Origin: Octopus sinensis
Taxonomy: Eukaryota
NCBI RefSeq assembly: GCF_006345805.1
Contig: NC_043000.1
Coordinates: forward strand, 105,958,001 to 106,022,000
DNA: 64,000 nucleotides
Direction: 5' to 3'
The position numbers and the translations under genes were made by a program. This document shows positions 1 to 11,940 of this stretch, piece by piece (position 1 is the first letter of the stretch; every line of letters starts with the position of its first letter). Under the pieces are notes generated by a model, which was not told where the DNA came from, ran no database searches, and worked only from the letters and a program-made list of their open reading frames with translations.

Positions 1-984
1 ATGCATGTGCCTGGTGTACCCTTATCAGACGGGTAGTCATCATGAGTATATTGGGTTTTGTATATTTGTACCCCAGTGTCACTGTCCTATCACTCAATAA
101 TAAGAATTTATTCATCACAACGATCAAGGATGAGCACACAGTACAAAGCTAAATTACAACTGTGGTGAAGGTTTATGCAGAACCAATTATATGACCCCAC
201 CCAAAAAACCCCTTGTACAAAAACAACTAAGAACAAAAGGAATAACTTGATGTCCCAATAATGGGGCCTGCTACCAAAGGCTAATCAAAAAGAACCTCAT
301 TAATTGTTATCCTAACTTCTGGCAAGTATTCTTTCTCAGTTGTATTCTTGAGTCTAGAGCCGTGATTCCCAACGTGGGGCGCATGCTCCACTGGTAGAGC
401 ATGGTATTATTTTGGTGAGGCATGCATAGGGTTATGCTGAATTTTTATACCTTTTGAACACAATGTATAGTATACCAATAGAGAAAGGGTGCAATTCGAA
501 AATGAGTTATTAAAAAATATTCTTTACATCCCTTCTGTGGACAATTTTATCAAATTTTGGAGACTTTAGAGACAACAGGTCATTTTTATCTTATTCATAA
601 GATCTGATGTCACTAAAGAAGGAATAGATTATTTCCTTCGATTTAGTGGTATGTGAAAACATGTAGGTAATTACAAACGCGTATATGTGTGTGCGTGTAT
701 ATACTATAGAACTGGTCAGTATTGAAAGCAATGCCATCTTAATTCCCTATGGAGAAATAAACTGGAGAGAGATTTATGTGCAGGTGTGTCTAAGAGTATT
801 GAGTCTTATCTCTGGCAACAGAAAGGAATGAAAGAATTGAATGGTTGAAATGGAGTGGCAGTGAGGGGTAGCATCAGTGAAGGAAAAGAAAGAGGCAGAC
901 AGAGAGAAACTTATGGTACTGGTAATGCACATACACACACATGTATATATATGAACAGAGATGAAAATTAACAGGTCATTTTAT

Positions 985-1200
985 TCCCACCCATCAGTTT
1001 TGTGAATTCAGCAAAAAGGTAAGAAAAACTTCCAAGATTGATACAAAGGCTTTTTGCAGCTGAGAAGATTCACGGAATATTTTTTTGTTTTTTTTTAAAA
1101 AATATTTTCTGAAAGTTTATATTGAAATCATTTTGAAGAAATTGTTGAAAAAATTTGCTTGAACTGAAATTTTTTTGTGTTTGATTCTGCCCCACCCTGA
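985..1200 (-). mobile_element. Terminal fragment of a maT/mariner-like DNA transposon
   Basis: The reverse complement begins CAGGGTGGGGCAGAATC...tttcagttcaagcaa, matching the TIR (CAGGGTGGGGAAGC) and subterminal sequence of the element at 36470-37266. Confidence 0.5.
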
Positions 1201-1610
1201 CTTTGGATGATCGTAACTTTCAGAAAAATGGATATTTTTTTAATCATTTCAATACATTTTATCTCTTTTCCACACATATTACAATGAAGTGCCAATTATC
1301 TAGCAACCCAATACAAAGTTATATGGTGCTTGACATTAACATAAACATAACCTCCCCCTCCCCACACACACTTTTTTGCAATTGTTCAATCTCTTTGACA
1401 TCAAACTTCCAAATTATCACACCTTATTGTCATTAGATAGAGTAGGCCTAATGACATTATTCTTTTATTTTTTGATTGCTTACAGACTGCAGTTATGCTG
1501 GGGTATCACTTTCAAGAGTTTAGTCAATCTTACCAACTCCAGTTCTTTTGTGTCAAACTGCCAAGTTACTAGACATAACACTAGCAGGTTCTATACTGAT
1601 ATAAATATAA

Positions 1611-2044
1611 CACTTTAGCATTTAAACTGGTCATAACCAGCCCAAGTATTCAACCTGTTTTATGTTCAAAACTGGCCATATCTGGCCTATCACACCTCTC
1701 TAAAATACCCTTTTAAAAATAAACAATAAATGCAAGAGTTTGTGAGTGGATTTGGCAAACAGAAACTGAAAGAAGCCCAGTGTATATGTGTGTGTTTGTC
1801 CCCCACCACCAGTTGACAACCAGTGTTGGTGTGTTTATGCCCCTGTAACTTAGCAGTTTAGCAAAAGAGACAAAAAAAAGTACTAGGCTTAAAAACAAAA
1901 AGCATGGCCAAAGTCAAAATGACTGAAACAAGTAAAAAATAAATTACTTTATCAAAATCTTGAAGCTAAGAGATAATGTGATTTATTTAAAACAATGTAA
2001 ATAAATAGCTGTTCACTTGACAGATTAATCTGAACACTAAAGCG
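1611..2044. mobile_element. piggyBac-type MITE interrupted by the 3' half of a tRNA-derived SINE (about 1735-1950)
   Basis: Degenerate termini CACTTTAGCATTT...CACTAAAGCG, like the C(C)CTTTAGCATT TIR family also at 7476 and 45892. The nested segment matches the full SINE at 58098-58472. Confidence 0.55.
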
Positions 2045-2080
2045 TAAATATCCACCAAATACACTAACAAGCAATTGGTT

Positions 2081-2327
2081 AACCTGAGGCTCCTGCGACG
2101 ATTTCATCTCAATCGAAGGAGAGGAGCTTTCTCCGTCCGGGTTGCGGATCCGTGGAACAAGCTGCCAGACGAGATGGTGAAGATGCCGACGACCGCTTTG
2201 TTCAAAGCCTCCCTGGACCTCAAGTGGCCTGAACTCTTTACATGAACACCACCCTGTACTTAACTCCATGTCCCCCTACATGGCCTTGCTATTTGCTTTT
2301 GAGCCAAATTAACTAACTAACTAACTA
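2081..2327 (+). mobile_element. 5'-truncated CR1-type LINE 3' end
   Basis: The + frame gives LRLLRRFHLNRRRGAFSVRVADPWNKLPDEMVKMPTTALFKASLDLKWPELFT* (CR1 ORF2 C-terminal FSxRVxxxWNxLP...FK..LD), followed by a short 3' UTR and a (TAAC)4 tail at 2310-2327. Confidence 0.8.
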
Positions 2328-2358
2328 CAGCAGAAAACACATCCTCAAGGTTCTACAT

Positions 2359-2510
2359 CAGGCATGGGCAACCTTTTTTGAGAAGTGGGCTGCATGGGAC
2401 ACAGATCATGATCAAATGGGCCATGCTACTAAAAAAAAAAAAATTCAAGGCAATTTTTCATTAGGTGTACCTTTCTGAAATTCTTGTGGGCTGCAAGTTG
2501 CCTATAGCTG
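2359..2510. mobile_element. hAT-type MITE
   Basis: TIRs CAGGCATGGGCAAC / GTTGCCTATAGCTG, imperfect 8-bp flanks ttctacat/ttttacct, and a related copy in opposite orientation at 44722-44867. Confidence 0.6.
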
Positions 2511-4110
2511 TTTTACCTTGTGAGACTGAATCCAAAACCACATAACTGTGAAGCAAACTTAATTACACAACAATATATCTTTGCCAATGTTTGGCATTTT
2601 AATAAATCTCCCCCACTCCCTATAAGAAATATATATAAAATAAAAACATGAGAGAGCATCTACATAGTTACTAAACCAATGAGAAATAGTAGTAAAATCT
2701 CCCCCAAATCGATTCCTACTGTCCTACATGGATACAGTGGATAATGTTGTCTTAGTTATATTATATCTGCAATAAATAACTGGATAAATACAGTGATAAG
2801 ATGATATTGCAGAAATACTTTTGGTCAGGGCTGAGCTGGTTGTACCAAACAAGATAAGCTGCTTAGAAGAGATTTTCTTCTAACAGTGCTAGTGTATGTC
2901 TGAAAAACTATCTTTCTACATTGTTACCACTGACACAAAACTAACTTCTGCTAAGCCTATTGAGGTTTATCTCAGAATACATCAACTTCAACTTTTAATT
3001 ACTGTCATAGCAGAAGTAGTAGACGTTTTAGTCCCAAGTTAGCCTGATTCAATAAACTTATGATAAAAGATGTGCAAACTGTGACAATCTCATCTTTTTT
3101 TTCAGATAATGCATCCACTTAGCTCAATGTACCCTCCCTTTTGTAAGATAGTAGGAAGCATTTTGAGGATATTTTTAAAAAGATTAGGTGTAATTTGAGA
3201 TTTGGTTGCTATTTCTACCAGGTATTACAATGTGTAACTAGAATAAAAGTCATGATCCAATGGCAAGTCTTATTGAGATAATTGGTGATAATGGCATGGA
3301 TCTTAACATTACTAGATGTTCTGATACCTATTCCAAATATTTGGAATGTGTGTGTTTCTGTTTAGCAAATCCACCCACAGGTATTAGTTGGCTTGAGGCC
3401 ATAGTAAAAGACACTTGTCCAAGGTGTGTGCAGTGGGACACAACCATGGTTAAACACCTTAGACACACATGCCTGTGACTAAAGTCAAATTCATGTAACA
3501 TATTCAGATAAAAACTATTGTGGCAAATGTTCTACAGATGAATGCCCATCTTATTCATTTAAATCATGAAGTGGCAATTTATTTTTAGCTAGTTAATTTA
3601 TCATTCTCTTACTTTAGGCTCAAACTAGACTAGAATACATACAGATATCTAACCATGCTCTCAAATAAATGTTTTTCACTGTCATAATCAGAAATGATCA
3701 CCAACTGCACTGATTTTATGAGCTGAGAGTAATAAGATTTGCACTTTTACAAAGGAATAGAGTGCTATAGGTACAACCAAAAATTGGATTTGTGTTATGA
3801 TTCACTTTTCCAATGCTAACATAGGTTTTATCTTATAACCAGATGCATTGCCTGTTTTTCAAGTGAATTTTTTATTTCACCTGCCTTTGAAGGTGTAGAG
3901 CTACAGAATAATTTAACAGGGAATGTCAATAAAATGCCATTGTTTTTTTTGTTCAAATAGTTTCATGTGAAGAGATGTCATGTAAACATTCAAGCACACA
4001 CACACACGCACGCACGCATATATATATATATATTATATATATATATAATATATATATATATATACACACACACCACACACACACACGTGTGTGTGTATAT
4101 CTATCTTTCT

Positions 4111-5082
4111 CATCATTATTTAAAGTCTGTTTTCCATGCTGGCATGGGTTGGATGGTTTGACTGAAAACTGGTAAGCTGCACCAGGTTTCAATTATTCGC
4201 CATGATTTCTACAGCTTGATGCCTTTCTTAATGCCAACCACTCCAAGAGTGTAGTGGGTGCTTTTTACATGCCACCGGCACAGGCATCAGTTATGAAACA
4301 TTGGCATTGCCACAACTTTGATTTCACTTGCTTGACAGGTCTTCACAACTATGGCATATTGCCAAAGGTCTCAGCCACTTGTCACTGCCTCCGTGAGGCC
4401 CAAAATTCAAAGGGTGCATTTTACACACCAGGTATGTGACACTGGCATTGGCCACGACTATGATTCCACTTGGTTTGACGGGTCTACTTAAGCACAGCAT
4501 ATCACCCAATGTTTGAAGGGTATTATTTATGTACCACCGGTATGCGAGCCAGTTACATGACATTGGCACTGGCCACAACTGCAATTTTAATTTGGCTTCA
4601 CGAGTCTTCTAAAGCACAGCATATCGCCAAGGGTGTTGATCACTTGTCATTGCCTTTGTGAGGCCCAATGTTCAAAGGTCATGCTTCATCGCCTTGTCTC
4701 ATGTCCTTCTGGGTTTACCTCTGCCACAGGTTCCCTCCACAGTTAGAGGTCAGCACTTCTTCGCACAGCTGTCCTTGTCCATACACATTACATGACCATA
4801 CCAGCACAGTCGTCTCTCTTGTGTACCATATCTGATGTCTCTTATATTCACTTTTCTCTCGAGATGCTTACACTCTGTTATACATGTACACTGACATTGC
4901 ACATCCAGTGAAGCATACTAGCTTCATTTCTTCCAAGTTTTTGCATATCCTTGGCAGTCACAGCCCATGTTTCACCACTGGGTAGCATGGCTGTTTGCAC
5001 ACAGGCATCATGCAATCTGCCTTTCACTCTGAGGGAGAAGCCCTTTGTTACCAACAGAGGTAGAAGTTCTCTGAACTTTGCT

Positions 5083-5087
<5 letters not shown>
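4111..5087 (-). mobile_element. RTE-clade LINE, 3' ~1 kb (RT C-terminus plus repeat-containing 3' UTR and (GAT)n-like tail)
   Basis: The - strand gives AKFRELLPLLVTKGFSLRVKGRLHDACVQTAMLPSGETWAVTAKDMQKLGRNEASMLHWMCNVSV (RTE post-RT region: LY..CV...ML.G.ETW). Downstream it is degenerate with stops. The UTR matches many shorter copies in the window. Confidence 0.85.
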
Positions 5088-5134
<47 letters not shown>

Positions 5135-5220
5135 ATATATAGATAAACACCCATTTGCTGCAGAAATACATCCAGAGAAAGAAAACTGAGTGTTGTAGAC
5201 CAGGCAAGACAGTTTGCCTG

Positions 5221-5287
<67 letters not shown>

Positions 5288-5297
5288 GAGAAAGAGA

Positions 5298-5480
5298 AGA
5301 TGCAGGCATGACTGTGTGGCTAAGAGGCTTACTTCCTAACCATATGGTCTCAGGTTTAGTTTCACAGTGTGGTACCTTGTGCGACTATCTTCTACTATAG
5401 CCTGGGTTGACCAAAACTTTGCAAGTGGATTTGGTAGATGAAAACTGAATGAAGCCCATTGTGTGTGTGTGTATGTGTAC
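5298..5480 (+). mobile_element. tRNA-derived SINE, 5' half
   Basis: A/B-box-like head (GCATGACTGTGTGG...GGTTTAGTTTC) and the body ...ggcaccttgggcaagtg...gtggatttggtagat, shared with 58098-58472. Confidence 0.7.
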
Positions 5481-7039
5481 GAACACGTCTCTTGACATCA
5501 TGTGTTGATTGTATATGAACATCACCATCATGCAAATGATATTGTTTATTTTCTGTCTTCCATGAAAAATATGTCTGGCCATGGGAAAATATTATTGTGC
5601 TTGAAAATAGGTGAGGGTTGGCAACAGGAAAGACATGGGCCTCAACAAATTCTGTTGTGTTCATGAAAGTATGGAAAAGTGGACAATAAATGATGATGAT
5701 ACCTCTCACTTCAACCCCACACTACTTATATATATATATATAAAATCATCATCATTTAATGTCTGTTTTCCACACTGGAATGAGTTTGATGGTTTGCACT
5801 AGGCTCCAGTTGTCCGTTCTGGCTGGGTACCTTTTATGTGTCACTGGCACTGGCCATGACCACGAGCCACACACACGCAATATGCCTTCATGTAATTTCT
5901 GCCTACTAATTCTAATCACAAACAATTAGATGACCTAAGTCTACAGTAGAAAACACTTGCTTAAAGAGTCAAGCAGAGAAAGAGAGAGAGAGAGAGAACT
6001 CTAAACCCATATGGTTACAAAGTAAACTCTGCAGCCACACAACCATGAAGGTATCTACATTTGTGTAAGAGAAAACTAAAACAGATTATTCATATTTGAA
6101 TGACTGTAAAGAAAAAAAAAACTCATGCTGTGATATTAGTCATTGAGAAGATTAGTAAGCAGTAGCACAAAGTAGAGAGCAATAATGTTAATAAAAAGAG
6201 AAAAACAAAGACAAAATGCACTAAATAAATTTTTAAATGGTTCCCCACTACCTCCCCAAAGAAAGCAAAAAAATGTATTTTTAAAATCATCATGACAAAA
6301 TTTTCAAGATAGATGAAGTGAAATAGCTCCAATTGAGAAAAGAAATTGTAAAGCAAACTGTGCTCACAGAGTATACCTCTATAGTACTCACTTTGTTAAT
6401 AGTGCTTTCTCTTTTTCATTGGGGTGGAGGAAAGGGACCACACACTCCCTTTCCCATCTCCAGTTATAAGAGTTGTACAATAAATTGATTTGATTTCAAT
6501 GTATAAGTGATATCTAATTGCAAATATAAATGCCATATAACACTAATTAGCCTTTAAAGACATATGCAGTAAGATGGCTGTCATTAGAGCATTAGACGAA
6601 ACACTTTAGTTTTAATGTGAAATAGAGGAGAAAGAAATCATCATGAATATGATGCCAGTCTATCATAGCTATCATTCTAAGTACATCTGATACCTGTACC
6701 TATTGAGAGGTAAATGAAGTGAGGCAATAGAGAATAAAATGCTCCGTCTAGAAAAACCAAAGAGACATTCATAGTAGATTTCAACACAGAAATTAAGAAA
6801 ATGGTACAATACCTTATTTATTTAGCCAAATCACATACATTTTATTGACAAAAGAACGATGAAAGGAAGCAGTGTTTCTCACAAAATTTGAACTTAAAAG
6901 TATGAGACACATTACATTGGGCTCAATAAAGCATGTAGGCCAGTCTTCCATGCCTGTAAACCTACAGCAAATTTCTAAGCCATTGTCATCAACTTTACCC
7001 AACAATGGGTAGAGCAGAGAGCTGGCAGAATTGTTAGAG

Positions 7040-7230
7040 CATTTAGGAGAATGCCTTATAGTTTTTTCTGACTCTTTACATTCCGAGTTCAAATTCTGCC
7101 ACGATCAACTTTTCCTATCATCCTTTCAGGGTCAATTAAATAAAGTATCAGTCAAGCACTAAGAATAGGGTCAACAGTGCTGACTAATCCCCTTACCCTG
7201 AGAAGTGCTGGCCTTGTGCCTAATTTAGAA
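7040..7230 (+). mobile_element. Second tRNA-derived SINE family (conserved core cctttcaggggtcaataaaataaagtaccag)
   Basis: Head GAGTTCAAATTC followed by a core recurring at about 11120-11200(-), 22470-22560(-), 22590-22680(+), 23410-23550, 23930-24060, 24860-25020 and 53680-53830(-). Confidence 0.65.
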
Positions 7231-7475
7231 TTATTTCACATGAGTTTTTCCGTGCTGAGATGGGCTGACCAAATCCCATAGCATCTCACATTTTCTCAGG
7301 AATCCTCCACGTATGGCATACACACACAGCAACAGAGAAAACAGCCAGTATCTGTTGTTGCGTATGACATTTTTTGGCATGGCCATAACAGTTGGATACC
7401 CATCCTTTAACCAGCCACTTCACAGCATGGACTGAATATTGTAGATATGCCTAGAAAGCTTTAATCCAAAAGAAG

Positions 7476-7836
7476 CCCTTTAACATTTAAACTGAGCATA
7501 TCTGGCCAAAATAATCTACCTGTTTTATCTTTAAACTGACCAAATCCAGCTTCTCACACTCACCCTACAATAAACAATCGCACCATTGAAATCTTAAAGC
7601 TACAAGGTAATGTATAACTAATTTTTATCAATATCATCATCATTGTTTAACGTCTGCCTTCCAGGCTGACATGGGTTGGATGGTTTGACAGGAGCCAGTC
7701 GGCTAGAAGACTACACCAGGCTACGGTGTCTGTCTTGGCATTATTTTTATGGCTGGATGCCCTTCCTAACACCAACCACCCTGTAAAGTGAATAAATAAG
7801 CATTACATTTGATAGAGAAATCTGAATGCTAAAGGG
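7476..7836. mobile_element. piggyBac-type MITE with a nested RTE 3'-end fragment (about 7630-7782)
   Basis: CCCTTTAACATTT...AATGCTAAAGGG|TTAA. The right TTAA is intact and the left one is mutated. The insert begins catcatcattgtttaacgtc. Confidence 0.65.
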
Positions 7837-8109
7837 TTAAACACAGATGTAGTTAATGTAAATGCAGTTAAGACAACAGCTTGCACAATTGTCAAAATAC
7901 AAATAAAGGATGGAACAAGAGATCTGTTCAAATGTAGAGTTTAAGCTATAATTATCTGAAAAGGCATGTAAATTGAATTGAGGCGGTAAAAAATCTTTAA
8001 AATTAGGCTAAAGTTGTTGGTGATAGGGATTTGAAATGCAATTACTCAGCAAAGTAAAATATATTTTGACATGTTAACAGACATTCACAATCATCACAAC
8101 TACATAATA

Positions 8110-8430
8110 CATGAACCCATCAACACTTCATACATCATGTGAATCAGTCAACAGCCAACACAGTACATGAATCAACCAAGTCACAAAGTACATAAGTCAG
8201 TCAGCAGACTACTCAGTATATGAATCAATCAATATACCACAGAGTAAATGAGTCAATGAGCACAACATAGTATATGAATCAATCAAAACACCATAGAGAA
8301 TAAGAATCAATCAACACACTGCAGAGTATATGTATATCAATACATTACAGTATATGAATCAATCAATACATTATACAGTGTATGAATGACTCAACACACC
8401 ACACAGCAAATAAATTATTCAATACATCAC
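8110..8430. repeat. Degenerate minisatellite, ~29-bp unit (approx. CAGAGTATATGAATCAATCAACACACCA), about 10 copies
   Basis: Recurring GTATATGAATCAATCAA motif at roughly 29-bp spacing. Confidence 0.7.
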
Positions 8431-9209
8431 TTAACCCAAGAACATACATGGTGAAATGGCAGTCATTAAAGCAGTAACAGAAATGCCTTAGGGCATAGAT
8501 TCTAGTTTCTTGCATTTTGAGTTCAAATCCTACTGTGGCTTACACTGTAGATGACACATCTGTTGCTCAGTTTAAAACCATCAGTCAGTCCTTGAGGGCT
8601 TTAATGGCAATCTCCGTGTTGCAAGCATTCATCTAGGTCACCAGACTGAGGAGTATATTTCTCCCTCTCTCTCATCAAGTGATATATATATATATATACC
8701 TGTATATTATATAGTCATCTGTGTACATTGCTTAACATACACGACTGAAAAGCATGATGCTGTGGGTTTCGCCTGAGAGAAAATCCCTTCATAGACATGT
8801 ATTAAAAACACACTACATATAAGAATGAAGAGAACATTGTCTCAGTAATGACTCATGAGAGTACCAGACATGTTTCAGCATTCTTGAGTCTTGATGATGT
8901 GTATCCATTTGACACATGCTTAAACAAAACATTTCCTCTCTGATTTATAGGAAATTGAATACATTCACTGATATTGTGAAAAGCTTGCTGAACAGTAATT
9001 AGCTTAGTATATGCAAATGAAACAGTATTAAATTAAAATAAGAGTACCTGTGCAAATTCCACAGCCCATTTTGTAGTACAGTGTCAGCCATAAATATCTC
9101 CCCACTCAGTAATAATACCCTGTCATCTCCTTCATAATCTTTTAGGAAATCTTGTCTATTTTCTTTGGTCAGATTTTTTCTTCTCACCCATTTTCTTGTT
9201 CTGCCTTAA

Positions 9210-9429
9210 CCCTTTTGTTACTGTATTTCTGTTAAGATGCTCTGTGTTTCTTTCAATTATTTTAAATATAACAAAGAATTTAGTAAAATAACTTGGTTAT
9301 CATTAAGCTAGTGTTAGGAACATAAATTGTGATTAAGGTTTGGTGGAAGATTTTAATTCAAAACTTATGAAAACAAGACATTTGTACTCAGAGCCAGAGC
9401 CAGTTTCAGCCGGGTTGGTAACGAAAGGG
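9210..9429. mobile_element. piggyBac-type MITE (220 bp)
   Basis: TTAA|CCCTTTTGTTAC...GTAACGAAAGGG|TTAA, with TTAA TSDs at 9206-9209 and 9430-9433. Confidence 0.9.
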
Positions 9430-9759
9430 TTAAGCAAAATATTCTTGTTTCATTGCTCATATTTTACTTTCTTGATTAAGAATTCTCATTCTTTCCCTGA
9501 CCGCCTCAGCTTTGTCAGATGACATCTTCTAGCTCCATTTCTTGCACTGAATTTATTCCTTTTGCTCCAAGTCAATGCCTTTCATCATTACTGATTCTTC
9601 TCTATTCTTAATTCTTATTTCTTCTCTCTCCAGGTTTACTCAGAATCTTCTGTCTTTCTTGAATCAATTTTTACTGCTGTGCACTATGATCATTGTCTGC
9701 TGTAACATACTAAACTCTGTTTCCAGTAATAAAATAATTTAGACATTTAATCTTCATGC

Positions 9760-10440
9760 TCTAAGATGCATGCATTATATCTTCAGGTAAATAGTGAGAG
9801 AGAAAGTCACACTAATACCAAAATACTATTGGCACATATGCACACATACAAATGGTAATGGCATGCATACCCTAACTCTCTCACACACAGTTAATTGCTG
9901 CAGGTATGTACCACTAGTGAGCACATGCCTGTTGCTTTTGTTTGAATTTCTTTCTCTATTGCACACAATTTTATCATCCTCCTTCCACAGCATGAGATTT
10001 TTTTACACCCCAGGAATCTATCATCAACATTTTAATATAGAATTTAAATCTGTCTCTCACACACACTTTTACCATCCCCTTTCCACAGCAAGACAAATTT
10101 TTTATATCATGGAAATCTATCCATGATAGATATTGGGAAAAATAGGTGGATATACAATCTTCATAAAAATGACTTGGTCTAAGATATATGCATTAAATTG
10201 CCAGATAGTGAGAGAAAGAGAAGTCAAACATTACTAGCATGTGCACACATATACCCATATACCTCCACTTTCTCCCACACAGCTAATTGTTGTCTATGTG
10301 TGCACCAAAAGCATTTGTGTGCTCATGCCAGTAGCATTCAATTGAATCTTTATCACACATTTTACCATCCCCTTTCTACAGCATGAGATTTTTTTTACAC
10401 CACAGGAATCTATTGTTGGCACTTTAATATAATCCATAGC
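9760..10440. repeat. Degenerate local tandem duplication (~400-bp units with internal ~90-bp subrepeats)
   Basis: ctaagat..atgcatta...tagtgagaga at about 9760 and 10178; ccatcccctttc(c/t)acagc(at)gaga at about 9975, 10070 and 10363. Confidence 0.6.
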
Positions 10441-11457
10441 CATCTGTGTACCATACTTAATGTTTAGACATCATTGAAATGCATGATACTGTGGTTTATA
10501 CCCGAGAGAAAATACCTTTATAGATATTGTGTTTTGGCTTTCTCGAGTCTTGTCAATGTGTACCTGCTTGTCACCAAAATTTGCCTTTCCAATAAATGGG
10601 AAATAGTGAAAAATGCATTCACTGATACTGCAGAAAGCTTGCTGGACTATAAGGGCAGTAAGATATGATTGGAAGAAAATTTTCATTGCTATTTGTAACA
10701 GGTTAAGTAACAGGGAAGAGATTTCTCAGTTAGCTTAACCACTACTTGAAATAACAGATTTTTGATTCAATCAATTATATTTGCAAAACCTATCAAATTA
10801 GTATTGCATCTGTCAAAGGAATATTAAAAATTAACTTTCACCCATGGGGTAAGTGGGTGTGATTTGCATCCCACATTTAGTGGTCTGAGTGAAAGAAATT
10901 ATCTAGAATCGAAATCAGATTTCAAAGCCAGTCAACCAAGAAATTTGTAAATTGAAATCTAAATAAATCTAGCCAGTTACAATCGATTTATGCTTTTTTG
11001 ATGTTTCCTTTTTTTATGTGTCCATGTAGTCATGAGCAAACACAGGCACCCCATCCACCATCCCATTCTTGTCGAAGCCGTAACAGCTGGAGGAAGAGAA
11101 CATTACATTCCCAGCACTTTATTTTATCGACCCCAGAGGGATGAAAAACAGGATTTCAATTCAAAACGTAAAGAGACAAAACACAAGGCATTTTTCCAAT
11201 GCTCTGACGATTATGCCAATTCATCATCATAAACTAAAGAGTAAAAAGATATTAAATGTTAAGGAAAGAGAAAGGGAGTGCATACTTGTGTAAAATAGTT
11301 ATTCCATATTTTAACAATTTCAATCTAATAATAATTTTGTATCTTTAGACAGTAAACCATGCATTTAGATTAAAGATGCTTTCACATGAGGAGAAAGAAA
11401 AAGAAAAAGTAGGGAGAAAAAGAGAATAAGGCAAAGAGTAAGAGAGAAAGCAAAAGC

Positions 11458-11940
11458 ACCTAATTAGTTAAATAAGTAATAATTAAGCAAGCAACTAATT
11501 AATGAACTACCTAATTAAGCAAGCAAGCAACTAATTAAACAAGCAATTAATAAATTAACTACTTAAGCAAGCAACTAATCGATTAACTAGACAATTACGC
11601 TAGAAAGCAACTAATTAACTAAGCAAGGAATTAACTAATTAATTAAGCAGGCAAGCAAACAACTATTTAACTAAATTAAGCAAGCAACTAATTAACTAAT
11701 TCAGCTAGCAACTAATTAATCAACTAACGAAGCATGCAAGCAACTAAACAACTAATTAACTAAGCAAGCAAGCACCTAATTATTTAAGCAAACAACTAAT
11801 TAACTAGATAATTAAGAAAGCAAGCAACTAATTAAATAAGAAAGCAACTAATTAACTAATTGATTAAGAAAGCAACTACTTCATTTTCTAATTAATTAAC
11901 TAATTAAGCAAGAAACTAAGCCTTAAGCAAGCAACTAATC
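11458..11940 (+). repeat. Satellite array of AAGCAAGCAACTAATT / AATTAACT modules
   Basis: Visible tandem array of about 480 bp, with a shorter inverted copy at 13588-13657. Confidence 0.9.

Noticed and set aside
3883-3902. Possible 20-nt - strand micro-exon (CTCTACACCTTCAAAGGCAG)
   Set aside because: The GTGAAA donor is weak, there is no linked exon or homology, and such sites are expected by chance.
8999-9720. ORF 8999..9187(-) as a host exon, and its in-frame continuation after removing the 9210-9429 MITE
   Set aside because: The extended frame has many stops and no recognisable homology. The + strand at 8870-9000 resembles 10530-10660, which translates like an RTE linker (KWEIVKNAFTDTAESLL), so it is more likely decayed LINE DNA.
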